Shown: positions 1-9,161 of the stretch, piece by piece
How the letters are laid out: each line of letters begins with the position of its first letter
Numbering within the stretch: position 1 is the first letter of the stretch
Notes under the pieces: generated by a model
Told to the model about the DNA's origin: nothing
What the model saw: the letters and a program-made list of their open reading frames with translations, nothing else
Database searches by the model: none
Origin: an uncultured Planctomycetales bacterium
Lineage (GTDB): Bacteria; Omnitrophota; Gorgyraeia; Zapsychrales; JAHFFX01
DNA: 64,000 nt
Reading direction: 5' to 3'
Assembly: GCA_964464475.1 (NCBI GenBank)
Contig: CAYXGG010000003.1
Coordinates: 48,823 to 112,822 of the forward strand
Made by a program: the position numbers and the translations under genes

Positions 1-11
1 AACCTATTCAA

Positions 12-764
12 ATGCAGGCCGATGCCGTTTGCATGAGTCACCATTCCGAACCGGTTATGCCGGACACGCTTGTCCTAGGGGAAGGCAACACTTTGGGGAA
101 TGTTTTTATCTACGTGAAAAGTGGTTTAGCCAAAAAGGATTATCCTGCACCCACCCAGGAAGCGTTATTAGACCAAAAGGGATGCCAATACGTTCCTCAT
201 GTTTTGGGAGTTCAAGTAGGCCAAAAAGTAAAAATTCTTAATCCTGATGGGACTCTTCACAACGTCCATATCCTTAGCAAAGTTAATCAGGAAGAGAACA
301 TTGCCATGCCTAAATTCCGTAAGGAAATCGAAAAGGTATTCGCTAAAGAAGAGTTTATGTTCCCGGTTAAATGCGATGTCCACCCCTGGATGGGCGCCTA
401 TGTCACGGTACTTTCTCATCCTTTTTTTGCAACGACCACTAAAGACGGGAATTTTAGCATTAACAATTTGGAACCAGGAACTTATGAAATTGAAGCCTGG
501 CATGAAAAATTGGGAACTAAAACGGCCAGCATCACTATTGCCACGCCGGATGAATCTAAAACTCAAGATTTTACTTTTACCCGACCGGGAAAAGAGGGAG
601 AAGCCGCAGAGTCTAAACCGGTTGAGCCCAAAGCTGCTGTTACCCCGCCCGCAGAAGTGAAAGAGCAAGTCGCGGAGGTCGTTGCACCAGCTCAAGAAAC
701 TATCGCCGTAACCGCTGATGCCGCACCCCTAGCTGTTGAAAAAGAAACCATTTCTAATAACTGA
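12..764 (+). CDS. Cupredoxin-like (type-1 copper) protein, 5'-partial, with a Pro/Ala/Glu/Lys-rich C-terminal tail. Possible electron donor to the downstream oxidase.
   Basis: The ORF runs open to the window start. It carries the upstream His motif LHNVHIL and a C-x2-H-x2-M copper site (VKCDVHPWMGAYV), like plastocyanin or azurin. It sits directly upstream of ctaD. Confidence 0.45.
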   Translation: MQADAVCMSHHSEPVMPDTLVLGEGNTLGNVFIYVKSGLAKKDYPAPTQEALLDQKGCQYVPHVLGVQVGQKVKILNPDGTLHNVHILSKVNQEENIAMPKFRKEIEKVFAKEEFMFPVKCDVHPWMGAYVTVLSHPFFATTTKDGNFSINNLEPGTYEIEAWHEKLGTKTASITIATPDESKTQDFTFTRPGKEGEAAESKPVEPKAAVTPPAEVKEQVAEVVAPAQETIAVTADAAPLAVEKETISNN

Positions 765-787
765 CTAAGCAAATCCACCAAACCCCT

Positions 788-2548
788 ATGGGTCACGATC
801 ATCATAATTCTGGTCATACTGCTCATAAAAACACTGGCATCGTAAGCTTCTTAAAAACTTACGTCTTCAGTACTGATCACAAAATGATTGGTATCTGGTA
901 TGGTATAACGGCATTAGCATTTTTGTTTTTTGGATTTATGCTAATACTGCTCATGCGCTGGCAATTAGCCTATCCTGAGCAACCCTTACCCTTGATTGGC
1001 GCATGGTTTGGAGAAACCCGAATGCCGGGTGGCGTGATGCTTCCGGAATTCTACAACCAATTAGGCGCTATGCACGGGACGATCATGGTTTTCTTGGGTA
1101 TTGTTCCTTTAGCCGTCGGAGCATTTGGTAACTATCTGATTCCTTTAATGATTGGGGCTCCGGATATGGCCTTTCCCAAACTTAATTTGGCCAGCTACTG
1201 GAGCTTTTTTGCTGGCGGGGTTATTATGCTCGCTAGCTTTTTTGTTCCGGGTGGCGCGGCAAGCTCCGGGTGGACTTCTTATGCACCGTTGGCCGTAATT
1301 GCGACGACTGGTCAGACCATGTGGATCATCGGTATGGTTTTCTTGATTACGTCGTCTTTATTAGGGGCCGTAAATTTTATTGTCACCATTATTCAAATGC
1401 GGGCACCGGGTATGACTTTTATGAAAATGCCCTTTTTTATTTGGGCCCAACTGGTGACTTCATTTTTGCTATTATTAGCTTTTCCTCCCCTAGAAGCTGC
1501 AGGAATTATGCAACTCATGGATCGTGTCGCTCAGACCAGTTTCTTTATGCCATCAGGACTCGTGGTCAGTGGGCAGGCTTTACCCATTAGCGGAGGGGGC
1601 AGTGTTCTATTATGGCAACACTTGTTCTGGTTTCTGGCGCACCCGGAAGTTTATGTGTTGATTTTACCGGCCATGGGAATTGTTTGCGAAATCATCGCCA
1701 ATAATAGCCGCAAACCTATTTGGGGTTATAAATCCATGGTCTATTCCGTCATTTTCTTAGGATTTATGTCTTTCATTGTGTGGGCTCATCATATGTTCAT
1801 TACCGGTATGGGAACCGCCATCAGCGCGTTTTTCCAGGCCACAACCATGATTATTTCGATTCCCTCAGTTATTATCTTAACGGCCTTATTTATTTCGCTG
1901 TGGGGAGGATCAATTCGTTTTAATACCCCGATGCTATTTGCCTTGGCTTTCTTGCCAATGTTTGGCATCGGCGGACTCACGGGTTTACCCTTAGGATTAT
2001 CGACTCCTGACATTCAGCTGCATGATACCTATTATGTTATTGGTCATTTTCATTATGTCGTTGCGCCTGGGACCATATTTGGGCTTTTTGCCGGCATCTA
2101 TTATTGGTTTCCTAAGGTAACGGGAAGAAAGCTCAATGAAACCTTGGGTCAACTCCATTTTTGGCCATCGCTTATTTGTATGAATTTAATTTTTATGCCG
2201 ATGTTTATTCAGGGGTTAGCGGGTGTCTCACGCCGATTGTATGATGGAGGGGCTTCTTACATACACGCCAAAGAAGTCTTGCATTTGAACGTTTCAATGT
2301 CGCATTCAGCCTGGCTCATGGGCGCGGTACAACTATTCTTCATTATTAATATCATCTGGAGTTTATTTAAAGGTGAGAAGGCTAGCGATAATCCTTGGCA
2401 AGCCACGACGCTTGAATGGGCAACACCAACGCCACCACAGCATGGCAATTTTGAATTTGATCCTAAAGTCTATCGGGGACCCTACGAATACAGTGTTCCT
2501 GGCGCGACCCAAGACTTTACGCCCCAGCATCAAGAAAAGGTGATCTAA
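788..2548 (+). CDS. ctaD: Cytochrome c oxidase subunit I.
   Basis: 586 aa, polytopic. Conserved haem-copper oxidase motifs are present (WFFGHPEVY-like HLFWFLAHPEVYVLILP, and the histidines in the HHMF/VIGHFHYV region). Confidence 0.93.
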   Translation: MGHDHHNSGHTAHKNTGIVSFLKTYVFSTDHKMIGIWYGITALAFLFFGFMLILLMRWQLAYPEQPLPLIGAWFGETRMPGGVMLPEFYNQLGAMHGTIMVFLGIVPLAVGAFGNYLIPLMIGAPDMAFPKLNLASYWSFFAGGVIMLASFFVPGGAASSGWTSYAPLAVIATTGQTMWIIGMVFLITSSLLGAVNFIVTIIQMRAPGMTFMKMPFFIWAQLVTSFLLLLAFPPLEAAGIMQLMDRVAQTSFFMPSGLVVSGQALPISGGGSVLLWQHLFWFLAHPEVYVLILPAMGIVCEIIANNSRKPIWGYKSMVYSVIFLGFMSFIVWAHHMFITGMGTAISAFFQATTMIISIPSVIILTALFISLWGGSIRFNTPMLFALAFLPMFGIGGLTGLPLGLSTPDIQLHDTYYVIGHFHYVVAPGTIFGLFAGIYYWFPKVTGRKLNETLGQLHFWPSLICMNLIFMPMFIQGLAGVSRRLYDGGASYIHAKEVLHLNVSMSHSAWLMGAVQLFFIINIIWSLFKGEKASDNPWQATTLEWATPTPPQHGNFEFDPKVYRGPYEYSVPGATQDFTPQHQEKVI

Positions 2549-2549
2549 T

Positions 2550-3164
2550 ATGTCTTCATCTCACGCTCATGCGGAAGTGCTTCCTTATACGGTAGAGCCT
2601 CGCCCAGAAACCGGACTTTATAACGGTAAATTAGGCGTATGGTTATTTTTGGCATCGGAAGTCATGCTTTTTGGAGGGCTTTTCTCAGCCTACATTTTAT
2701 TACGCATGGGCTCGACTAATTGGCCATTGGGCTCGACGATTCTCAATGTTCCCATCGGAACCTTTAATACCATCGTGTTGATTTCTTCAAGCGTCACCAT
2801 GGTCTTGGCCTGGGCCGCCTTAAAAATGAATGATTTCAAAAAATACAAACTTTGGTTGGGGCTAACCATTTTGTGCGCCTTATTGTTTCTGGTCGTTAAA
2901 TATTTTGAGTATGGAGCTAAGTTTGAGCACCATTTACTGCCCAAAACCAGCACCTATATGGCAATTTATTTCACGCTAACGGGTTTACATGCGCTCCACA
3001 TCATCGGTGGGATTATCGTTAATACCTACCTCTGGGGGCCGGGAAGCAAAATGTGGTTTACTCAAAGAGAACGTTTTGAGAATCGCATTGAAGTTGCTGG
3101 CTTGTATTGGCATTTCGTTGATTTGGTTTGGATATTCTTATTTCCGGTACTTTATCTTTTGTGA
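2550..3164 (+). CDS. ctaE: Cytochrome c oxidase subunit III.
   Basis: 204 aa with the C-terminal HFVDLVWIFLF motif. Its start is 2 nt after the ctaD stop and has an AAAAGGTGA ribosome-binding site. Confidence 0.88.
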   Translation: MSSSHAHAEVLPYTVEPRPETGLYNGKLGVWLFLASEVMLFGGLFSAYILLRMGSTNWPLGSTILNVPIGTFNTIVLISSSVTMVLAWAALKMNDFKKYKLWLGLTILCALLFLVVKYFEYGAKFEHHLLPKTSTYMAIYFTLTGLHALHIIGGIIVNTYLWGPGSKMWFTQRERFENRIEVAGLYWHFVDLVWIFLFPVLYLL

Positions 3165-3170
3165 GGAACT

Positions 3171-3530
3171 ATGAGCGCCACCCACACCCATGACGTACAA
3201 AAAGAAGTCAAAATCTACTTAACGGTATTCGTCGCTTTGGGAATATTGACCGTTATTACCGTGGCGATTAGTAAATTACATTTTGGTTTAGTCGGGAATA
3301 TCACCGTGGCGTTGATTATTGCCACTATAAAAGCATCACTGGTTGCTTGCTATTTCATGCATCTGATTTCTGAAAAACAATTAATTTATGCTATTTTAGG
3401 AATGACGGGGTTTTTCTTTATATGCATGATTGTGTTGTTTATCGCCGGATTACATGACCCTATTATGGGGACGGAAATGATTAAAGGAGCAGGGCATGTC
3501 GCTCAAACAATTCCACATTCTGTTCATTAA
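3171..3530 (+). CDS. ctaF: Cytochrome c oxidase subunit IV (bacterial CtaF/CoxD type).
   Basis: 119 aa protein with three predicted TM helices, in the position normally occupied by ctaF, with a GAGGAA ribosome-binding site. Confidence 0.6.
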   Translation: MSATHTHDVQKEVKIYLTVFVALGILTVITVAISKLHFGLVGNITVALIIATIKASLVACYFMHLISEKQLIYAILGMTGFFFICMIVLFIAGLHDPIMGTEMIKGAGHVAQTIPHSVH

Positions 3531-3918
3531 TTTAGCGATACTTATGTTAGTTGGTTTCTTTGCCTGGACGCTTTCGCCGCAGGGCAAGACGCTTGGCAGT
3601 CAAACCGCTCTCTGGGGAGTGGTTTGCCTACTATTAGCTATAGGGCTAATTGTTTACGAAATTAGTTTCTTCAAGAAAACAAAAGGTCTCCTCATCGCAC
3701 TGGCCTTAATTGGTCAGCTTGTTGGAGTAAAATCCAGTCAAGCTTGCACGATGTGCTTTAGTCAAGGGGCTGGCAACAGTCAACTTATTGCAGTTAAGTT
3801 AGGAATTTTAAGTTTATTTCTGATTTTGATGGGAGTTCTAGCTACTTTGGTCTGGTTTTTTATAGGCATGGCGAAGAAAAGCAAATCGCTTAGTGTAAAT
3901 TCTGCAAATTTAACTTAA
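3496..3918 (+). CDS. Hypothetical polytopic membrane protein with a CxxC motif, embedded in the oxidase operon.
   Basis: 140 aa. An AAAGGAGCAGGG ribosome-binding site precedes the ATG. The start overlaps the ctaF 3' end by 35 nt. Contains QACTMCFSQG in a loop. No family recognised. Confidence 0.4.
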   Translation: MSLKQFHILFINLAILMLVGFFAWTLSPQGKTLGSQTALWGVVCLLLAIGLIVYEISFFKKTKGLLIALALIGQLVGVKSSQACTMCFSQGAGNSQLIAVKLGILSLFLILMGVLATLVWFFIGMAKKSKSLSVNSANLT

Positions 3919-3920
3919 TT

Positions 3921-4706
3921 ATGGAAAAAGGCTGGATACAAAAAATCATGGGGTTACCGCCCTTAGCTTCAGCGCAGGGTGGTGAAATTGACCTGATTAT
4001 TTTCCTCATGCATGTGTTGATGCTGGTTTTGTTGGTGGGCTGGGGAGTTTTCTTTATTTATGTTTTGTTCCGTTTCCGCGCGAAAAGAAATCCAAAAGCG
4101 AATTATACGGGAGTAACGAACCATTATTCGACCTACATTGAAGGTGCCGTGGCGCTTATCGAAGCCTTATTGTTAATCGGTTTCTCCATTCCTTTCTGGG
4201 CTAAAAATGTCAGTGCACTACCCACCGATAGAAATCCCATTGAAATCAGATTAGTGGCTGAGCAATTTGCCTGGGATTTTCATTATCCGGGTGCCGATGG
4301 AATTTTTGGAAAAACGGACATTAAATTTATCGACAAACAATCGAACCCGCTAGGATTAGACAAAGCAGATCCTGCATCTAAAGACGATATCGTTTCCATT
4401 AACCAATTATATCTACCTGTCAACCGTCAAGCCGTTATCCATGTTTCTAGTAAGGATGTTATTCATTCTTTTGCTCTTAATGTCATGCGGGTCAAACAGG
4501 ACGCCATTCCTGGCATGAGCATTCCCGTATGGTTTACGCCCACCCAAACCGGCCATTCTGAGATTGCCTGCGCTCAATTATGTGGATTAGGACATTACCG
4601 GATGAAGGGAGACCTCTACGTCGTTACTAATACAGAATACGACACGTGGTTGGCCTCTCAAGCCAAAACCTCGACTGGCTCCGGCGAAGAAGATTTTTGG
4701 AACTGA
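3921..4706 (+). CDS. ctaC: Cytochrome c oxidase subunit II (CuA subunit, no fused cytochrome c domain).
   Basis: Two N-terminal TM helices, then the CuA site HSFALNVMRVKQD...H...EIACAQLCGLGHYRMKG. Confidence 0.9.
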   Translation: MEKGWIQKIMGLPPLASAQGGEIDLIIFLMHVLMLVLLVGWGVFFIYVLFRFRAKRNPKANYTGVTNHYSTYIEGAVALIEALLLIGFSIPFWAKNVSALPTDRNPIEIRLVAEQFAWDFHYPGADGIFGKTDIKFIDKQSNPLGLDKADPASKDDIVSINQLYLPVNRQAVIHVSSKDVIHSFALNVMRVKQDAIPGMSIPVWFTPTQTGHSEIACAQLCGLGHYRMKGDLYVVTNTEYDTWLASQAKTSTGSGEEDFWN

Positions 4707-4717
4707 TTGGATAAATC

Positions 4718-5719
4718 ATGAGCAGCACTCCTGTCACAAATCCTGAAGCGCCTTCAGGGCTGAGACGATTTTCAAAAATTGTCTCTCTGACAACCTTAGC
4801 TTTAATTTTTGTCGGTGGCATGGTAACTAGCACCTCTTCGGGGCTGTCCGTTCCTGACTGGCCGCTTTCCTATGGAATGCTTTTCCCTCCTATGGTGGGA
4901 GGTGTTTTTTATGAACACGGGCACCGAATGGTTGCCGCCCTCGTAGGGTTCTTGACATTAATTCAGGCATTCTGGTTATGGCGAAGCCCCGTCGCTCCAT
5001 GGATAAAAAAGCTAGGTTGGGTTGCCTTAGGTGTGGTTATCTTGCAAGGTCTTTTGGGAGGATTAACGGTCTTAATGTTTTTGCCGCCACCAGTCTCGAT
5101 TTCTCACGGTGTCTTGGCCCAGACATTTTTCTTAATTACGATTGTCATTGCTTATGCTCTTTCGGTTGAGCGGCAAAATAAAATTAACGGAAAAACATTT
5201 TATCTGGAAAAAAATTTACTTAAATCAGCTTTATTACTTACCGCCGCAGTTTATATTCAACTCATCCTAGGGGCTTTGATGCGTCATACTCAATCGGGGC
5301 TCGCTATTCCTGATTTCCCAACAATGGGGGGAAAGATCATTGCTTCGTTTGATCAAAGCATGCTAAATTCGATCAATGATTGGCGCTTCGAGTATAATTA
5401 TCCACCGGTAGTTATGAAGCAAATAGTTATTCATTTTTTGCACCGGGCTTGGGCGATAGTCATTTTACTACTCGTTTTGTCTTTAGCTTGGAAACTTGTC
5501 CGGATGCCAACACTTTTTCCAAATATCAAAGCTTCGATTATCTATGTAAATAGTATTATCTGGATCCAAATAATCTTAGGAATTTTAACGGTATTAAATC
5601 ATAAATCGCCAGTACTTACGAGTCTACACGTCGTGACCGGGGCGACGACCTTAGGGTTATGCATGTTACTCTTACTTCGAGCTGCGCCTTTATCCTGGAA
5701 AGATTTCTTAAAATCATGA
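4718..5719 (+). CDS. ctaA: Haem A synthase (COX15/CtaA).
   Basis: 333 aa polytopic protein. The N-terminal region RFSKIVSLTTLALIFVGGMVTSTSSGLSVPDWPLSYG and the conserved His residues are typical of CtaA. Confidence 0.85.
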   Translation: MSSTPVTNPEAPSGLRRFSKIVSLTTLALIFVGGMVTSTSSGLSVPDWPLSYGMLFPPMVGGVFYEHGHRMVAALVGFLTLIQAFWLWRSPVAPWIKKLGWVALGVVILQGLLGGLTVLMFLPPPVSISHGVLAQTFFLITIVIAYALSVERQNKINGKTFYLEKNLLKSALLLTAAVYIQLILGALMRHTQSGLAIPDFPTMGGKIIASFDQSMLNSINDWRFEYNYPPVVMKQIVIHFLHRAWAIVILLLVLSLAWKLVRMPTLFPNIKASIIYVNSIIWIQIILGILTVLNHKSPVLTSLHVVTGATTLGLCMLLLLRAAPLSWKDFLKS

Positions 5720-6588
5720 ATCAACAAAATAAAGAATTGTTTAACGGTTATCTGGAACTTTCCAAACCCAGTATTACCACACTTATTTTAATCACAATGG
5801 GACTAGGATACTTTCTGGGCGGGAAGGGGATAGCAGACTGGATCAATTTCTGTTTTAGTCTTTCTGGTGCCGCGTTAGTTTGCGCCGGAGCATCAGCCCT
5901 CAATCATTACTTAGAGCGTGATGCTGATTGCAAAATGGCGCGTACAAAAAATCGGCCAATTCCCTCAGGACTAATTGCCGCTCACAACGCACTATCTTTT
6001 GGCATCATCACAATTTTAACCGGAATAACTCTCTTAGCCGTTAAGGTCAATTTGCTTACCGCTTTTTTAAGCCTTTTGACTGCTTTTCTATACGTTATTG
6101 TTTACACTCCTATGAAAAAACGTAGCTGGCTTAATACTTCTATTGGAGCAATTCCCGGAGCTATTCCACCAATGGGAGGCTGGGCAGCCGCTACAGGACA
6201 GTTGGACTGGGGAGCGTGGATCCTTTTTGGGATTCTGTTTTTGTGGCAACATCCCCATTTCTTCGCTATTGCCTGGATGTTTAAAGAGGACTATGGTAAA
6301 GCCGGATTTAAAATGCTGCCGGTCATTGATCCTGGCGGACAAAAAACATTTGAACAAATCGAAATTTTTTCGCTGTTGTTAATACCCGTTTCCCTTATGC
6401 CAACTTTAATTGGTTTGTCTGGGGGGCTGTACTTCTGGGGAGCATTGCTTCTAGGAATTAGCTTTTGGTGGGCGGGTAAAGCGTTGGCTCAAACTCATTC
6501 CTTTGCTGATGCACGCAAATTGCTTAAAGCCTCTGTTATTTATTTACCCTTACTATTTATTTTAATTATTGCTGATTTTTCCTTTTAA
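5716..6588 (+). CDS. ctaB: Protohaem IX farnesyltransferase (haem O synthase).
   Basis: UbiA-family motifs are present (DADCKMARTKNRPIPSG). The in-frame ATG forms an ATGA overlap with the ctaA stop. The track ORF begins earlier, at 5659. Confidence 0.88.
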   Translation: MNQQNKELFNGYLELSKPSITTLILITMGLGYFLGGKGIADWINFCFSLSGAALVCAGASALNHYLERDADCKMARTKNRPIPSGLIAAHNALSFGIITILTGITLLAVKVNLLTAFLSLLTAFLYVIVYTPMKKRSWLNTSIGAIPGAIPPMGGWAAATGQLDWGAWILFGILFLWQHPHFFAIAWMFKEDYGKAGFKMLPVIDPGGQKTFEQIEIFSLLLIPVSLMPTLIGLSGGLYFWGALLLGISFWWAGKALAQTHSFADARKLLKASVIYLPLLFILIIADFSF

Positions 6589-6592
6589 AGCT

Positions 6593-7195
6593 ATGCCTCC
6601 AAGCCGGAAAATATTCTGGTTATTGTTCGTGTTAACGACGCTCCTCATGTTGTCTTTTGCCGGATATCTTTTTTGGCGAGAATCTAGACCGCGAGAACTA
6701 CTCACCTTAGGAACAATCGCCAACGCAAAATTCACCACGAGTGACCGCCAAGAATTTGAATTATCCCAACTCAAAGGAAAGGTATGGGTCGCTGATTTTA
6801 TTTTCACCACTTGCGGTGGCATTTGTCCGATTATGTCAAAAAACATGGCCCAATTACACCGCTCTTACGTACTTCTCGATGATGTCCGCATGGTCTCTAT
6901 ATCCGTAAATCCTGAACAAGATACGCCCGAAGTCCTTCAGGAGTACGCCAAACGCTATAAAGCAGATACCGCACGCTGGCTTTTTCTTACGGCGCCTCGG
7001 GAAGTCATTCAGGATTTAGCCGTGCATAGCTTTAAAATGGGTTCCATTGATGAACCAATTTTTCATAGTTCTAAATTCGTTTTGGTTGATCGGGAGATGA
7101 AGATTCGGGGTTATTATGATGGGACAACGGCAGGAGATATTGCCCGACTATACACAGATGTGGCTTCTTTACTAAAAGAAAGAAATCGTAAGTGA
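6593..7195 (+). CDS. SCO1/SenC family copper chaperone.
   Basis: TM anchor followed by a thioredoxin-like fold with FIFTTCGGICP (CxxxC) and a downstream His. The track ORF starts at 6569 and overlaps ctaB, so the ATG at 6593 was chosen. Confidence 0.8.
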   Translation: MPPSRKIFWLLFVLTTLLMLSFAGYLFWRESRPRELLTLGTIANAKFTTSDRQEFELSQLKGKVWVADFIFTTCGGICPIMSKNMAQLHRSYVLLDDVRMVSISVNPEQDTPEVLQEYAKRYKADTARWLFLTAPREVIQDLAVHSFKMGSIDEPIFHSSKFVLVDREMKIRGYYDGTTAGDIARLYTDVASLLKERNRK

Positions 7196-7611
7196 ACGTA
7201 CCCTTGTTTCCGACTATCAATGCCAGTTTGAATGCGTTAGCGGGTGTCTTTCTTGTCTTGGGCTGGATGGCGATCAAGCAAGGAAACAAAGAACGCCACC
7301 GCCAATGCATGATCGGCGCTGTTTGTGCTTCGACATTATTCTTAATTTCTTACGTAACTTATCATGCAACGGTAGGGGTGGTAACGCGCTATGCAGGACA
7401 AGGAGTTAAACGGGCTATCTATTTCTTTATTCTGGGAACCCATACGCCTTTGGCGGTTCTCATATTACCTTTTGTAGTGGCAGCCATTTGGTACGCGGCC
7501 AAAGGTAACTTTGTTAAACACGCCCAAATTACTCGTTGGTTATGGCCAACCTGGATTTATGTATCTTTAACCGGCGTTCTGGTCTACTTAATGCTCTACG
7601 TTATTAAATAG
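7192..7611 (+). CDS. DUF420 (CtaM-like) membrane protein associated with aa3 oxidases.
   Basis: 139 aa protein with four TM helices and the typical DUF420 N-terminus. GTG start overlaps the sco stop. Last gene of the oxidase cluster. Confidence 0.65.
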   Translation: MNVPLFPTINASLNALAGVFLVLGWMAIKQGNKERHRQCMIGAVCASTLFLISYVTYHATVGVVTRYAGQGVKRAIYFFILGTHTPLAVLILPFVVAAIWYAAKGNFVKHAQITRWLWPTWIYVSLTGVLVYLMLYVIK

Positions 7612-7942
7612 ATTTCGCTGCCACAACTGATTTAGGCCGTAATCGATCCCGCAGGAACCTTCCCATTTTTTTTTGTCGCTCCCAAAAAAATGAGAATTGA
7701 CCGAGTAGCGCCGCATAGAACAACACAGAAATTTGGTACACCGGGAAGAAAATAAGCGGGAAGGAAAGAATTTTCGCCCAAAGAGGAGCGTGGTCAAGTC
7801 CCAAGAAATGAAAAATCTTAGGCCGAGTTAGCGAGATATTCATTCCGGCCAAAGAGAAGGTTATCAAAATTAGCGTCAAATCAAGGTTACTTTTGATTTG
7901 ATATTTAGCTTTAAATTTCTGCAAAAAATTTTCCTTACTCAT
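7604..7942 (-). CDS. Hypothetical small membrane protein (about 113 aa) and last gene of the minus-strand operon.
   Basis: ATG with a GGGGAG-like ribosome-binding site, 1 nt after the preceding peptide's stop. Two to three TM helices. The track ORF (7604..7966) uses an upstream start. Confidence 0.4.
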   Translation of the reverse strand: MSKENFLQKFKAKYQIKSNLDLTLILITFSLAGMNISLTRPKIFHFLGLDHAPLWAKILSFPLIFFPVYQISVLFYAALLGQFSFFWERQKKMGRFLRDRLRPKSVVAAKSI

Positions 7943-7943
7943 T

Positions 7944-8090
7944 TTAGCTCCCCAATCTCCAATCATTCGGAAACACCACCAACATAAAATATAAACCCAC
8001 GGCTAAGAGAACCACAGCCAAGAAAACCAAAACGTAGATCATTTTAAGAAAACCGTCTGCGCCAGTATCAAACTTCAGAATAGTCCTCAT
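7944..8090 (-). CDS. Putative small hydrophobic peptide (about 48 aa).
   Basis: Internal ATG (MRTILKF...) of track ORF 7944..8129. One TM helix. Tightly packed between neighbouring genes (5 nt and 1 nt gaps). No clear SD. Confidence 0.25.
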   Translation of the reverse strand: MRTILKFDTGADGFLKMIYVLVFLAVVLLAVGLYFMLVVFPNDWRLGS

Positions 8091-8095
8091 GTCAG

Positions 8096-8257
8096 CTATT
8101 TTTTGAGTAAATACGCTTCGATAATCCAACCAAAAATAAAAACAATCATGCCCAACGCTAACTCTTGATGACTCATTAATTGGGGAAATTTTTTAATAAA
8201 GAAGACCAATAAAATTGTCATCCCCGTCGCTTGCGAAATTTTAGCTAAAAGGTACAT
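8096..8257 (-). CDS. Putative small hydrophobic protein (about 53 aa, MYLLAKISQATGMTILLVFF...).
   Basis: Own reading of the minus strand. It falls below the ORF-track size cutoff. It starts 9 nt after the upstream membrane protein's stop. Coordinates approximate. Confidence 0.2.
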   Translation of the reverse strand: MYLLAKISQATGMTILLVFFIKKFPQLMSHQELALGMIVFIFGWIIEAYLLKK

Positions 8258-8266
8258 AAAACGCAA

Positions 8267-8758
8267 TCAGATTTTAGGCTGGGGACGAGAAACACCAGAC
8301 ATATCTAACACAATGTCCGTACTGTCTTTAAATGCCTTATGTTGTATAACTAACATATAAAAGAAATGCGCTAAAGTCGCCCAAAACAGCCAGCCGTGAA
8401 TTGATTTGGCGATCCGATTGGTATCTACAGCACCTCCCAAAATAAACAATATACTCACTAAAAAAATGTTGAGTAATATCGGGGGATATATCTTCATTTT
8501 GACTTGAAAGGAACGTTTAAGAAATTCTTTAGGTAAACCTTGTTCATTAACGTAGTCTCTGATACTTACGCCAATGCCAACAAAATAAAACATGACCAGC
8601 GTTTCCGTAAACAAATAAATAATAGACGTCAATAACGCAAACGTCGCGTGATTAGCATTAAAGATTGAGAATCCCCAATAACCTTGAGCTGCTGTCAGAG
8701 ACAGCAATACCAGTGTTATCCCGGTCAAAACATAGCAGGAAATCATAAAAAACCACAT
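8267..8758 (-). CDS. His-rich membrane protein with four TM helices (possible cytochrome b-like membrane anchor).
   Basis: The internal Met (MWFFMISCYVL...) of track ORF 8267..9049 was chosen because the longer N-terminus overlaps the convincing ferredoxin gene in another frame. His residues sit inside predicted TM helices (NANHATF; IHGWLFWATLAHFFYMLVIQH). Confidence 0.5.
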   Translation of the reverse strand: MWFFMISCYVLTGITLVLLSLTAAQGYWGFSIFNANHATFALLTSIIYLFTETLVMFYFVGIGVSIRDYVNEQGLPKEFLKRSFQVKMKIYPPILLNIFLVSILFILGGAVDTNRIAKSIHGWLFWATLAHFFYMLVIQHKAFKDSTDIVLDMSGVSRPQPKI

Positions 8759-8771
8759 GGGCGAGAGGAAA

Positions 8772-9131
8772 TTAAGCTGAAATGCTTTTGGTTGAAGGGA
8801 TGAACGCTTCGCTAATTTGAATGTTGAATTTTTTCTCGATTTCTTCTGTGGGTACCATTCGAATGGCGTCCCATGTAAGTTTATTACAAACACGAGAGCA
8901 AATTTGGCAACCGATACACTCGTTATAACGAATTTCAACGGGTGGTATCGTCGTTCCGTGATCCTGGGTGTGCGGCTGAATACAATCAACCGGGCAAAAC
9001 GGAACACAGACTTGACAGCCGGTGCAATTATCGACGTCAACCAGGGCAATAAGCTTAGGCCGTTTCTTCTTCGCTGAAATCTTATCCGGAAGTTCAGGAA
9101 TTGTTTTATAAAAAGAAGAAGGAACGGCCAT
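8772..9131 (-). CDS. Ferredoxin with two [4Fe-4S] motifs.
   Basis: CTGCQVCVPFCPVDC and CIGCQICSRVC motifs. 119 aa, with a basic N-terminal extension. Confidence 0.8.
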   Translation of the reverse strand: MAVPSSFYKTIPELPDKISAKKKRPKLIALVDVDNCTGCQVCVPFCPVDCIQPHTQDHGTTIPPVEIRYNECIGCQICSRVCNKLTWDAIRMVPTEEIEKKFNIQISEAFIPSTKSISA

Positions 9132-9161
9132 AAGTTAGCGCTATAGCAATAATTTAATTTT

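Noticed and set aside
168-695. Antisense ORFs nested inside confident genes. Examples are 168..695 (-), 1270..1590 (+), 16220..16639 (-), 16934..17284 (-), 25446..25940 (-), 39816..40274 (-) and 45750..46091 (-).
   Set aside because: Each lies wholly inside a gene with strong family-level evidence on the other strand or in another frame. They lack ribosome-binding sites and recognisable motifs.
7667-7700. T10 and A7 tracts forming an inverted repeat (CATTTTTTTTTTgtcgctcccAAAAAAATG).
   Set aside because: It lies inside the coding region of the 113-aa membrane protein and encodes Phe/Lys runs. It is more likely codon composition than a regulatory hairpin.
8759-9049. N-terminal 97 aa of the 260-aa track ORF 8267..9049.
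   Set aside because: This segment lies wholly inside the well-supported ferredoxin gene (8772..9131) in another frame, and reads as basic, low-complexity sequence. The membrane protein most likely starts at the internal Met at 8758.
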